Assembly: GCF_006345805.1 (NCBI RefSeq)
Contig: NC_042999.1
Location: forward strand, 117,614,001-117,678,000
DNA: 64,000 bases
From: Octopus sinensis
Lineage: Eukaryota
Reading direction: 5' to 3'
Numbering within the stretch: position 1 is the stretch's first letter; every line of letters begins with the position of its first letter. A program made the translations under genes and the position numbers. Under the pieces are notes generated by a model. It was not told the DNA's origin. It saw only the letters and a program-made list of their open reading frames with translations, and ran no database searches. Below are positions 25,585-38,474 of this stretch, piece after piece.

Positions 25585-27967
25585 AGTTTCTTTGCATTTA
25601 TAAACGTCCTCAATGTAAAGGAGATTCTAGAAGGCTTCAAATTCACGAATTAATGAAATTAATATTTCGTTTAAAACAAATCTTAGCAGTTTCATTAAAA
25701 GAGGAATTCTAATGAGCAATGATGTAGCTAAGATCGATGTCGATAATCCTTCAAGTGTCAGCGATATTTATTCCGAAGCTGAAGTTGAAAATATTTATTT
25801 AGAAAATAAAGAAAAATCATGCTTCAATGAGCTGTAAGAGATAAGAATTCGTCTTGAGATTTTATGCGTGCATTGCGAAGCAAACGAGCCAAATGTTGAT
25901 GTCGTTGATACTGGTTAAGAAGCTCTTCAATCAACTTCCTCACTTGCTGTTTAAAGTCCTTAACATCATTTCAGAGTAATTTTACGAACAATTAAACAAC
26001 GAATTCTGAGAGCTAGCATTACGAAATTAAGCACTAATGGAGTCAGAAAAGAAGATTTTTAGAACAGCACTTCGCAAAGCAAGTGTGTGGACAAATATCT
26101 ATTGTCAAAACTTGCAAATCTCTTTTTCTGCACTTAAAATGAGATAGATACGATGAAATCTGGATTTACAAATTTCAAAGCAAAAGATCATTCTTTATTG
26201 AAAACATGCCGTGAATGCATTTTTCTTACTGACATATTAAATAGTCCCGTTTACAGGAGATTGCGATTCATGATGTAGGAAGTAAAATTGCGCGTAAAGA
26301 CATGGATGGAAATGTAGAAGCAATATTTAAAATCATTGTTGATCTCGTTTTGGCAGCTAATCTTTAATTCTTCCCTCATTGCCAGATCATTGATTTATTG
26401 TCACTATTCTATTAATACTTCCGTGAAACGTTGTTTCACCTTCTTGTTTCTCCTTTCGTTATCTCACCTATAAGAAATATTTCTTTTCTAGTAGCTCTTT
26501 TTTTTTTGACTAAAACATCTGTCTTATGAAACTGTTTTCCTTCTTGTTTCCAAAATAAATTCTTTAAAAGCTTGTTCTTTTATTAAAGTTTTCATAAATT
26601 TCCGAACAGTTTTACACGAGATATTTTTCGTTTTCTTTTGCAACTCACAGCAAAGTAAATGGTTGCTGTTTCAGGCTTGTTTAATTCCTGGTTACTTGTT
26701 GCTTTGTTGGGAATGACTTCCAATGAAAGATCAATTAGATATGATTATCATATTCTTCAATAATCAATTTCATTCTTTTAAATTAAATTTTGTCTTTTTG
26801 ACTGACTTCTTACTTTTTGCTTCTCGACTTTCACATCTTTAACACTTGTGATAGACTTAGCTCCCACAAAGTTTTCATCCACCAAATTAAACTCACAAGT
26901 TCATCGTAGACTCGAAGGTGCATGATAGAATAGATGTCACAATGTGCCAAGATGTCACAATGTGGAATCCGGGATCGATCGTTTTAGCTATACACCTATG
27001 CTGCGCTCAGTCAATAGAAATAATCGTCCTGCAATCGCAAAATTAAAAAAAAAATCTAAGTAAATACTGTAGACTAAAGTTAAATTACTAGGGATCACCT
27101 TTGAATTGGGTTTATGCCTTTTTCATTTCCCCTATGTTGCTAAAAATAAATACTTCAATTTACCGTCCCCTCTCAGCTATATATCTGAGATATTAGACTG
27201 ATGCAAATCTTGTAATGACATCGTTCTAGTACCAAGTAAAATGAGGCACCTTCTTATTGGTTGGCAAAGTTATTCTCCCTATTTTCTCATGAATACTAAA
27301 TGCAATCAAATGTAAAGCTACTAAGCTGCACATATTTCACTTTAACTTGAAGTATGAACCAATTACATCAATGTATACGTTAGCTGGAGTCAGTGTCTAC
27401 TGCTATACTATACTTGGGCGTTTAGAGAAAATTAGAAAGGGACAAACCTCTTTCTATTCACAAAAACTTAAAATCGTCACGATTAATAAAGTCTCTCTAT
27501 ATATTAGCGTCAAGTTGTTAAAAGGTTAGAAGGGTACTAATTTAAATGGAGAGGAGCCATTTTTGATATACATGTTTAGATATGGATTCAATTCAGCATC
27601 TCCGACAAGACACGCACTAGTGAACTGCCCAACATTAAATACTCGGAAAAAACGTTGTGCCGGCATTTGAGGAATATTTCTGCTCTGCTGTTTCTGTTTT
27701 AATGAAGTGCCTCACGACATATAATCGACATATAACGCGTTGGTTCTCTCTCTCAATCTCTCTTTGTCTCCTCTATATGTACACAAAGATCTTGTTTATT
27801 TCTTATATATTTATTTTTATGGATTTATTTAGAGTCCTACATTTTTTTCTGATAATTCATTTAAGCATTTTATACATTTTATGTGTAGAGCAGACAACGT
27901 GGCAGAAATAGTTGCCTTGTAAAATGAATCCGATTTAGTGATTCCTTATATATTTATTATCTATATG

Positions 27968-28130
27968 GCGAGGGCGCATCGCTCAGTGGTTACAGTGTCG
28001 GGATCACAATCATGAGGTAGTGATTTCGAGACCGGGCTGTGTGTTGTGTTCTTGAACACAACACCTTATTTCCTGTTGTTCCAGTTCACTCAATTGTAGA
28101 AATGAGTTGCGACGTCACTGGTGCCAAGTT
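27968..28130 (+). mobile_element. tRNA-headed SINE fragment
   Basis: gggcgcatcgctcagtggtt...gtgtgttgtgttcttgaac...cactcaattgtagaaatgagttgcgacgtcactggtgcc. Confidence 0.7.
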
Positions 28131-28460
28131 TTTAACGTTTCGAATGTTGGCGATTTTCTTGTTTCCTTCTTTTCTGGACTTTTCCCTTTCTCCTTCCGAC
28201 AGAGATCTATGCTCGAAAGGTTAAAAACTATCTCCTTTCACCGAGCGTCAAACTTATATAATTCTTGTGCATGTCCTCACCTTTGTTTTTGTCTCCTTTC
28301 GTTTTTTATTCCTGTTTTGAATTATTTGTTCGTTGAATTGACTATTTACAGCACGCTCACATGGACCGTTCTCGTCCTTCCGACTGTTTTGGAGTACCTG
28401 ATTCATGGATTGCTCACTCTACCATTGGATTGGATTACCTTTCATTCGGAGTACGTCATT
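28131..28460 (+). mobile_element. PLE terminal-repeat-like fragment with decayed hammerhead and short inverted copy
   Basis: GAG-atctatg-CTC-GAAA-ggtt-a at 28202-28223, with an inverted ttttaacgtttcga at 28131-28143. Confidence 0.4.
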
Positions 28461-28564
28461 TCTGTACTTTGGATATATGTATATATATATGTGTGTGTGC
28501 GTGTGTATTTTTATGATTATGAATTTGTGTAGCAAGATTCCTGATATGAAACCGTGTTTTGAAA

Positions 28565-29483
28565 CAAATGTTGTATTTCAAGAGGGTGATTTTTTATTTT
28601 TGCCAAATAAATACACGCACTATATATTTGTTCCTCACACATGTATTATTGTTCTTATTCTAACTCATGTCCAGTGTCCGGAAATCTTTCGCTACACATC
28701 TGTGACCTCTTCAGCAACACTTTCCCTCTTCGTGTGTGCTCTTGCTCCGCTTAGCTCATTCTGTTCTTCTATAGTGTGTATCATTATATGCGCATGCGTT
28801 TCCGCCTGTATTTGTGTGCGCGTGTGTGTGAGTGTGCGTGTGTATATCACTGTTCTTAGTAGCATTATGACCCTCCACTCAGCCCCGTCCTCTCAGCCCC
28901 GAACACTCAACCCCGCCCCCTCCCCCGTTGTCGTTGCTGCTGCCCCTGACCTCGACTTAGACAGATCAAAGAGGCTAGACACTTAGCAATGGATTGACCG
29001 AGCCTCAACAAAAGGCACAAATGGAACAATAACACTCACCACCATACCACATCACCACACCCCACCAACACACCACACCACACCACACCACACCACACAA
29101 TATGACGACTAAAGACAGAACGGAGAAAAAACAGATACGCTCAGTGTAATACACACTCAGTAGACAAATATGCATATACCTATGATAAATATGACAAACA
29201 GAGATAGACAAAAAAAAAACTGCATGAAGGGCACGGATACAAACAACATAGGAAGCGAATCCTTATACACATATAAACACACATACAGTAACTTCACAAA
29301 CAATATCAACAACGCAACCAACAGCGACAGCAGCAACAACGGTAACAACAGCAACACAAACAACTACCACGATGGCTGCAGCATGGGTGAACACACAAAG
29401 ACAGAGAGATACAGAAATGGTCGGGATTAAGGTGAAAGGGACGCAGCTAAGGGGAATGTCTAAGAACTATGACACACACACAC

Positions 29484-29521
<38 letters not shown>

Positions 29522-29784
29522 ACACACACACAACACACACACAAGTACAGACGCAACCGCCTGCGCAAATAAGGATATACATCATGGAATAACCAAATGG
29601 ACTAAGCGGAAAAAGAGTATTCACGAAGACGAATAGTGTTACCGAAGAGGTCACAGAATTCTGACGAAAGATTTCCGGACAATGGACATGAGCTAGAATA
29701 AGAACAGTAATAAACGAATGACGAACGAATGTTTAGTGCGTCTGCTTTTTGCATCCCCTCAAAAAAGACCATCTCAAAATACAA

Positions 29785-29785
<1 letters not shown>
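28565..29785. repeat. Old diverged inverted repeat (arms ~28565-28870 and ~29460-29785) with decayed HHR pair
   Basis: ttattctaactcatgtccagtgtccggaaatctttcg...tgtgacctcttcagcaacact aligns to the reverse complement of agtgttaccgaagaggtcacag...cgaaagatttccggacaatggacatgagctagaataa. Confidence 0.8.
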
Positions 29786-30079
<294 letters not shown>

Positions 30080-30213
30080 AAAATAGTAAAGAGTGAAAAA
30101 ACGACAGAAGGCTTAAATGTTAAAAAATATATATATTTGCGTCAATATGTCTGAAGAATATTAGAAAATTTTTTAAACAATTTTTTTTTTCCTTTATAAT
30201 GACATAATTTTTA

Positions 30214-30252
30214 AAGAAAGACCGGTTTCGCATTTAGCTTTTCAAATTTCTT
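30214..30252 (-). ncRNA. Minimal type I hammerhead variant (U3-A8 core, GUC site)
   Basis: AAGAAA-t-TTGAAAA-GC-taaat-GC-GAAA-CCGG-T-C-TTTCTT: 6-bp stem I, 2-bp stem II, palindromic ACCGGT stem III. Confidence 0.6.
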
Positions 30253-30383
30253 GTGATGTTATGTTTATGTTTAATAGAGTTATCCTTGTGTTTAAGCTCC
30301 GGAGAGTTCTAAATAAGGGAAGGTAGTGGGTGATTTCTTCCGGTGTAAGGGAGATAATCGCTTAAATTTTTTTTTCCTTTCCC

Positions 30384-30809
30384 TTAATGTGAATTTCTCT
30401 GTATCAGTATGTTCGGATGGTTGAGTCTGGGCTTGTACTTTTCAATGAAGAATGTTTCCTTGTTTAGTCTAATTTGTGTTGATGATCCGAAAGCACATTG
30501 GTAAAATAGAAAGATTAATAATTGTGGTAGTAGTTGCTTTGCGCATTTCTCAATGTGCTCACTAAAAGGTATCATTCTATATTCTGGGAATGCAATCTGT
30601 TGTCGATGCAGTGTGCATCTACGTCTGAGTGATAGTCCCGTGGAACCCACGTAGTCTTGGTGGCAGCCCGAGCATTTTATGACATAAATTATGTTTTCAG
30701 AGGCACAAGTAAAGTTAGATTTGATCTTGAATTTCTGTCCCTCTTTAAAGAGGAATTCTGATCCTTCTAGCAGGTTAGGACATGTTGCACAGTTCGATCT
30801 ACCACATTT
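30384..30809 (-). pseudogene. Uninterrupted PLE C-terminus: Cys linker plus GIY-YIG endonuclease (141 aa, no start codon)
   Basis: KCGRSNCATCPNLLEGSEFLFKEGQKFKIKSNFTCASENIIYVIKCSGCHQDYVGSTGLSLRRRCTLHRQQI...RLNKETFFIEKYKPRLN. Confidence 0.9.
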
Positions 30810-31757
30810 TTTAAACTTTTTACGGTCTATCTTTTTTACATTTTTCTACTTTTACGGTCTATCTTTAAAAACTATGTCATTATAAAGGAAAAAAAAAAAA
30901 ATTTCTAATATTCTTCAGACATATTGACGCAAATATATATATTTTTTAACATTTAAGCCTTCTGTCGTTTTTTCACTCTTTACTATTTTTTATATATTCA
31001 CCCACGTGCTTTCACAAACCAACTTTCTTATCTATATATATATATAGTATATTCATACGTTTATACATGAATATTATGTCTTTATTATACATATGCCGTG
31101 AGCGTTTTGTAAGTGTTAATTCTTTTTCGCGTTATTTTACGGTCCTGGCACTTTGGTACTTGCGACAAATACAAATATAATATTGTTACTGGTATTTAAA
31201 GAAATCGTTTTCTGAAACTGTTGACATTATTCATTGGTGTTGCATCTCTGAAAATATAAAAGATACTTAATCCAAGTGACCGAAACTTCCAATAATCACC
31301 AACTAAGTTTTATTGTTAAATATAAATATGAAATATCAGTATCATGTCTTTTGAAAGATTACTGAACCATAAAATATATTTGTTAATGAGTTTTAGGTAG
31401 TATGAAGAAAATTCATGGTGTTGTTGAAAACTTATGACGTTAACCGATTCTACTTGGCATTTAATTCATCTCTAACTGACATTTTAAGAACAGTTTTGGT
31501 ATTTGTTGCATATCTCCTTGATTAGACACCATCGATAGTCTTCAAAAACAACAAAATACAAGAAAATAATGCATAACAAATTATTTTTGAGTAAACGACA
31601 ATATTGGCCTTTTTAACATCATACAATGAAATGTCGTTCAGAACAAATATCTAGGAAGTTCTTTTGTAATGGCAGACAGACACAAGTCATAAATGATCAA
31701 TTCATATATAACAAATCAAATGCGAGATTCTGATCGGGACGTATACCACAATGTTGT

Positions 31758-31761
31758 TCTC

Positions 31762-31814
<53 letters not shown>
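31758..31814. repeat. (CT)n microsatellite
   Basis: Seen directly. Confidence 0.95.
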
Positions 31815-31818
<4 letters not shown>

Positions 31819-32259
31819 GTCATGGAAGCTAGCCACTATAGGTGTTACAAGGATGTGTGATATCTTCAAACTATTTCATTCTACTACCACTTGCTTTGTA
31901 TGTACATCTGATATTTAAGAAACCAAGTAAATAAACCCTCCTCTTTTTTGTCTATTATCGATAAAATGACAGGATCTAAATTAGCGTGAACCTCCAGGTG
32001 TTTTCAACTAGAAAAAAGATTAAAGTTAGAGGTGCGTATTAAACATGGTATTAGGCTGCAAATTTATCCCCACTTAGTTTAATGAAACAACATGCAATAC
32101 CGTAACATTTAAGTTCATAATAGATTACCTATACTTCTGGCAGCACTACCTGTTATGAACGCTGTTATAGGTGTATCTGACAATTTGGACCCTAAAATCT
32201 TGTTATGTATGATAAGGCATTTTACACGATCCGTTTCGATAGATACAGATAGTACACAT

Positions 32260-32362
32260 CAACTCGACAAAATAAGTACCATTGGAGCACATTGAGGTCG
32301 ATTTAATCGACTTAACACCTTCCCCCCAAATTGCTGGCCTTGAACCAAAATTTGAAACCATT
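32260..32362 (+). mobile_element. SINE (OK-like) 3' fragment
   Basis: tcgacaaaataagtacc...ggtcgatttaatcgactta...aaattgctggcc. Confidence 0.6.
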
Positions 32363-32841
32363 ATCATTATTATTATTGTTGTTGTTGTTGTTATTGCTTA
32401 ACACCAAAACTGTAGTGCTTTAGAAGCTGCATGAATTTGTGTCTTGATTTCCTTTTGAAGTCTGTCTTGTTGATTTTAGTGCTTCCTTTGTTTCTTAGTT
32501 CAATCACTTTTGTTATTCGTCCTACGGGGAAAAATTGAAGTAAAGACCTTGATTTGAAAAAGAAAGCTTTCAGTCAGCAAGAGAGGAAGGTGGGAGAACG
32601 TTTTGAAGATGAATGCGTCTTTTGCAGTCATCTTCTACCGCCCAATACTACTGATTCCGTAGTAATAATTGCAGCAACAATGCCGATTATTAGAGCATCA
32701 CCATCAGCAGTAAAAATACGGTAAAGATATTTCTTTTGCCACGATTATAATCACATACGATTTCATCTCACTAAATAAATAAGCATAAACATAAAAGAGT
32801 CCGAGAGACACTTCAACAGGGTAGAGCAGAGAAAAGTTAGA

Positions 32842-33353
32842 CTCAATATACTGAACCATCTTATAGTCAAACAGAAAGGAAAACGATTCGGAAGAGATGT
32901 TTATCCGCAAGGAAATACGAATTAGAGCGTATACCTTCAGAAGAGGCTGAAGACCCAAGTTTTGTTGAATTAATCCATAAGTTCGGACACAACTGAGTTA
33001 TTTTCCACTAGGAAACATTAGCTCAGAAGGACTCCACCGTCCCACATACGGTTGTGGCTTTCACTATTTACAATACCACAGGTTCAACACCAATAACATT
33101 AGCAGTAAACACAACACAACCACATTAAATTATAGCAACAGCATGCAATCGCAGCAACCGTAGCTATGACACCAGGTACAAGACGGGAAGAAGTACTGAC
33201 AACAACAAGCGCAATACCTAGTTTCCTAGTGGAAAATAACTCAGTTGTGTCCGAACTTATGGACATATCCAACAAAACTTGGATCTTCAGCCTATTCTGA
33301 AGGTATACGCTCTAATTCGTGTTTTCTTGTGACTATAAGATGGTTCAATTGAG
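32842..33353. repeat. Inverted repeat (arms 32912-33016 and 33221-33326, plus outer ~25-bp match)
   Basis: tacgaattagagcgtataccttcagaa...ttccactaggaaac versus gtttcctagtggaaaataactcag...ctgaaggtatacgctctaattcgt. Confidence 0.85.
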
Positions 33354-33669
33354 ACAAGTTGTGTGGCGATGGCGAAGTCATCTTGGATTCATGTCTGGAT
33401 TGCACGGAGCTAGCTTATAAGAAATGGAGTGTGAAAGACTTGCAAAACTGCTCAGATATTTTTAACTGCTTGAATGGCATCAATTATATTTCCTGGATGC
33501 GCCAATGTGGACATTGACATGGACATGAACAAACTGCATCACACCATCCAGATTATATGTAGATAAAATATTATATAGACAAGTAGAAAATGAATGATTG
33601 CGGCTGTATTGTTTCAGATGGGTCTTGATCATACAATATGAATTATATTGAATCTAGAAAAAAAGTAAC

Positions 33670-33960
33670 TTGTCCTGGATGTCATCAGTAGCCTTCAGAT
33701 TAGAGGATATTTATGCTCCAACAAGAGCTCGACAGTCGGACTTCGGAATTTTTTAGCCGTCTGGAGGATTTCCTAGGAATGTCCTGTTCTTTAGCGCTAA
33801 TGGGCGACTGGAATGTCAACCTGAATGAAAGCTCTCGTGGATTGTTTGGGGCTAGCTAAAGGAGATGGTGGTGTAAAAGCGTCGCAAACAAGCGCAAATG
33901 CTTCCAATTGTATGACTGGTATCAAGTGGATTTCCGGAATTTGACAATGTGGACATGGAA
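33670..33960 (+). pseudogene. L1/Tx1-like LINE apurinic endonuclease remnant
   Basis: AFRLEDIYAPT, then after a frameshift EFFSRLEDFLGMSCSLALMGDWNVNL (APE motifs YAP and GDWN). Confidence 0.65.
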
Positions 33961-34834
33961 AAACCATTCAGTTGTACTGAACAGGCACCTTGAAACATGC
34001 TCAGGTTAAGATTCGACAATCTTGTCTCCCTAAATATGAAAATGGCTCAATTGCTAGTCATATCACAGAAACAATATTCCGTTTGACCCCATCTAATCAT
34101 ATTTTGTGTTATTAATTAAACCAACAAAAGTCTAGGCTTCAAATCTGTGCCACTGTTGCTGCTATACACATGTACAATAACATGCATACACATCACAGAC
34201 CGGATACATCAGTAGACAGTCCCAACGGACAAAACACAACATACAATTAAAACCATTAGACCATAGACTTGATACCTCTTCCGTCTGCCTATTCTATCAG
34301 TGTTACAACCACCTATGATCGTCTAAACAAACAAATTGCATATACTTCCGTTGTCCAATCGAAATACTTTTCTTTCCTCTATCCAGATGTTACAGAAACT
34401 CTTTCAATTTCACTACAAAGAGCAAAAGCAAAAAACTTAGCATAATTAGAAATGCATCACAAAGACTGGTTCCTTCCGTGAAGACCAGAAAATAATTTAG
34501 TCACCAATGGCTGCTGACGATCTACAAGGCTCAAATTGAAGTTGAAAGTGGAGTTCTGCTTCCATCTTTCGACGGTATAGCTGCAATAGTCATAGACTTC
34601 CTTATCTGCATTTAGAAAGGTCACTCGAACAATTAGTATTGAGAGACCAATAGACAGCAGGTACCCACCGCTGGCCCACAGGCGTGCTATCTCGTCTTTT
34701 GTCATTTCTACCACAGCTATAAGAATCTCTGTTCTTCGGAGATGGCTAGTCTCGCGTGTCCACTTTTTGCGTTTTATCTACTTGCTAATTTTGGTGCATC
34801 CAATCCCCTTGACCTCGCAGTAACCTATTTCTTT

Positions 34835-34960
34835 ATTACCCACAGAGGGGACAAACAAGGACAGACATAGGTATTAAGTCGATTACATCGACCCCAGTGC
34901 GTAACTGGTACTTAATTTATCGACCCCGAAAGGATGAAAGGCAAAGTCGACCTCGGCGGA
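34835..34960 (-). mobile_element. SINE (OK-like), 5'-truncated
   Basis: Near-identical to 35885-36009. Confidence 0.85.
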
Positions 34961-35864
34961 CTTTTCTCCTCAGAATATTGGCTTCCTGGAATTTTCTCTC
35001 TGTCCAAGTCCCTCCTGTAGATGTTCACCTCTAGTAGTACAAACGTAACGGTAATACCACCAATCTCACAAACCTTGAAGTGCAGGAACCCTTCTTCCAG
35101 TCTAAGTAAATTTGTACCACAAACTACTAAATAAAGGAATAACAAGTTCCTGTTCTACTATCAATAAAAGAAAATATCAAGAAAATACAGAAATTACGTA
35201 CATAATTCTACTGTGACACTAGAAACGTCTTACAAGAATATTTCATACTAGAAAAATATTTTAACATACTTCTGTCCATAGCATTCCTTTACCCAAATTG
35301 CATTCCTAGTCACCTATGTCCCAAATTCTATAGCAACGTCCTGTCGACTAACTCTAATCTATTCTACAATTCCCTTTTTATTAGATATTGGTTAAACTGC
35401 AAATTAATTAAAAAGTTGATTTAACCAATAAATTAATTCCTTTCATAATTCAAATATTAAGCACCTCTTTGTCTGTATTTATTTTGAAATTAAAGTCATC
35501 CAGCATACATTATAATATCTCTTGGAATATTATCTAACGTGAGAAACATTATCAACATAATTACAAATTGTTCAGGTCAGCTCTGATACAATGTATCAAT
35601 ATTTTATTCTCCATGCTAAAACTAATAAGCATTCTGAAATAAAATTTCTTACCGGCACCAAACTTTAAATACTGAAAACTCGTACAAATTACCGGTAACA
35701 AATCTACAGCAGTATCAATATCTTTAATTATCTGTATTACAAAAAAGCAAATTACATTTTTGCATTTTTGTCTATCTAGCTTAGAATGTGTATGTACTTC
35801 TAATGCACGAATTAATCTACGTGAAATGGCGGTTTAATATATATATGTATATATATATATATAT

Positions 35865-36093
35865 TTCTTTACTACCCACAAGGGGCTAAACACAGAGGGG
35901 ACAAACAAGGACAGACAAAGGGATTAAGTCGATTACATCGACCCCAGTGCGTAACTGGTACTTAATTTGTCGACCCCGAAAGGATGAAAGGCAAAGTCGA
36001 CCTCGGCGGAATTTGAACTCGGAACGCAACGACAGACGAAATACGGCTACGAATTTCGCCCGGCGTGCTAACATTTCTGCCAGCTCGCCGCCT
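35865..36093 (-). mobile_element. SINE (OK-like), full length, young
   Basis: Intact head aaggcggcgagctggcagaaatgttagcacgccgggcg and full body to aagaaa. Confidence 0.9.
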
Positions 36094-36118
36094 TATATAT
36101 GTATGTATATATATATAT

Positions 36119-36159
<41 letters not shown>

Positions 36160-36186
36160 ATGTGTGTGTGTGTGTTTGTGTGTATA

Positions 36187-36259
<73 letters not shown>

Positions 36260-36590
36260 GTATTAGGGAGTATAACTCCAAACTTACAGGGAAAACTTCA
36301 ATTTAGTTTTAAATCAAATTTTACAATATAAATATAAAAAATATAAATTAGAGATAAAAACCACTATTATGCAACTTAAACAGTGATAGACATAAACCAA
36401 AACATAGGTAACAAATAAAAAATATTTTTATAAAACATATAACTAGATCTCAAAAAGTATAAAAATGAATGATCAATATATAATAAGTAAAAAAATTACG
36501 TACGTTTTAGGACTGCAATTAAATTCGAATTACAATTAAGTTTAAATTCAATTGAAAGAAATTCGATTTAAAATTATAGTCAATCTTTAA

Positions 36591-36800
36591 CCCGGAATCA
36601 TGTGGCTCGTGAGCAAGCTACTTACCACACAGTTTCCGTCATTCGACTGCAGCCATGCTGGGACACCGCCTACAGATTTTTAGTCATGCAAATCAACCTC
36701 AATACTTATTTTTTAAGTGTGGTGCTTATCCTATCGAACTCTTTTGCCGAATCGCTAGGTTATGGGGACGTACACAAGCACATGTTGAGAAGGGGTGGTG
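36591..36800 (-). mobile_element. Rearranged OR-like SINE pieces (head fragment abutting a 3' body)
   Basis: gcaagctacttaccacacag is followed directly by tcattcgactgcagccatgctgg...cttttgccgaatcgcta. Confidence 0.6.
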
Positions 36801-37389
36801 GTGGTGGTGTTCAAATACAACATAAACACAAATACAGACGGACAGACAGACAGATAAATACATTTATACATATATACAGGTTAGTGAAGTGTAAAGCGCT
36901 GCATAGGCTTCATGACATGCAAGTTTCAATATGTATCTAACTTAGGCAATACGAAACTTAAGAATAAGTTGTTACAGGAAATGTATGGGCCATCTTCCCT
37001 GTTGCCCCTTCACATATTCTGAATGGCAAAGAAGTTCTCTTTAAGCTTAAAAGTACTCCTGTCAAGTGGCGAGAACATTTTGACGGACTTTAAATAGGCC
37101 TTTTCTGATTCATGACAGTCTTGGTTTTATTCAGATACTCATAAAAGTATCATAAGCTGAAACCCTTTCCCTTAAATAAGTTGGAAATGTTGGAAAAATA
37201 AAACTAAATAGCAGTAATTGGCTGGGGCATATTGGGGCATTGTTCTGAGGTCTTGAAATATGGAAGTCAAAACCTGCTCCGGCGCTTTGTCTTGATCTTC
37301 GACGTTCTAGAAGAACCGATAACAACCAGTCAGAATTCATCGTACGGTTTGAACTATTCATTCTTTTGATTGCTGACTACAAATTATGG

Positions 37390-37600
37390 TGCATGCCTCC
37401 CCCGTTCGGGTGATTTTCCTGAGTCAGCATCTCACCCGCGCACGCCAATCGGTCGCAAGGTTATCCATTTATAGTTGATTGGACTGAAGCAGCATGAATT
37501 GAAGGTGTTTTTTGCTCAGGAACACAACGCAGAGCTGGCCTAAGAATCGAAGCCATGATCTCGCAATCGTGAGTGCAAAACCCTAACCACTTCCCTACTA
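37390..37600 (-). mobile_element. Degenerate tRNA-headed SINE
   Basis: ttgctcaggaacacaacgc...gaatcgaagccatgatctcgcaatcgtgagtgcaaaaccctaaccact. Confidence 0.55.
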
Positions 37601-37865
37601 GTTTCACTTTTATAATTCAGACTAGTTTGGATGCCTTTTGTCAGACATCTATCGCAACTGGCAGTGAAAGAGGAGAATTCCTCGTCCTGTGAGTCGAGGT
37701 GCGGTAGCGTTACAGTGAAGGTATACAAAGAAATGCTGTCACATTAATAATTTTAGGCGTTCAACGCCGTTAAACGCAAATTTCAAAATTTTGCCCAAGG
37801 TGTTAGCAAAGTGCAACATTTGGTGCTTGTCGTCTATGGTCTAATTGCTGATATGCAAATATTTG

Positions 37866-38010
37866 CTATCCACGACAAATTCCATCTCATGTGATACATC
37901 ATAGCCTGCATGGTGCTCTGATAAATTTAGATCAAACTAATGCTTTCGACAGTGTCAGCAACCACTACTTCAACAGGGTCGACTACCAATGCTTAGTGGC
38001 TGTTCTAAAG
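37866..38010 (+). pseudogene. L1/Tx1-like reverse transcriptase fragment
   Basis: IHDKFHLM*YII, then GALINLDQTNAFDSVSNHYFNRVDYQCLVAVLK (resembles the RT LDQ.KAFDRVDH motif). Confidence 0.65.
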
Positions 38011-38011
38011 G

Positions 38012-38441
38012 TTCTCTTCTTCTTCTTCTTCTTCTTTTTCTTCTTTCCTTCTTCTTCTTCTTCTTCTTCTTCTTCTCTTCTTCTTCTTCTTCTTCTTCTT
38101 CTTTTTCTTCTTTTTCTTTTTCTTCTTCTTTTTTTCTTTCTTCTTCTTCTTCTTTTCTTCTTCTTCTTCTTCTTCTTTTCTTTCTTCCTCTTTTTCTTCT
38201 TTTTCTTCTTCTTCTTTTTCTTCTTCTTCTTCTTCTTCTTCTTCTTCTTTCTTCTTCTCTTTTTCTTCTTTTTCTTCTTCTTTTTCTTCTTCTTTTTCTT
38301 CTTCTTCTTCTTCTTCTTTTTCTTCTTCTTCTTTTTCTTCTTCTTTTCTTTCTTCTTCTTTTTCTTCTTCTTTCCTTTCTTCTTCTTCTTTTTCTTCTTC
38401 TTTTCTTTCTTCTTCTTCTTCTTTTCTTCCTTCTTCTTCTT

Positions 38442-38474
<33 letters not shown>

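Larger units (their letters stand above)
30080..30990 (-). mobile_element. 5'-truncated Penelope-like element flanked by ~140-bp inverted terminal repeats
   Basis: Arms 30080-30225 and 30855-30990 are reverse complements and enclose a GIY-YIG ORF and an HHR. Confidence 0.9.

Noticed and set aside
25600-26950. Fragmentary protein-like frames (e.g. NDVKDFKQQVRKLIEELLNQYQRH, minus strand)
   Set aside because: Short, stop-bounded, without splice support or recognisable family.
36496-36512. Minus-strand AAAA-CGTACG-TA resembling the stem III at 18572
   Set aside because: G12 and the 5' core are absent, so it cannot be supported.
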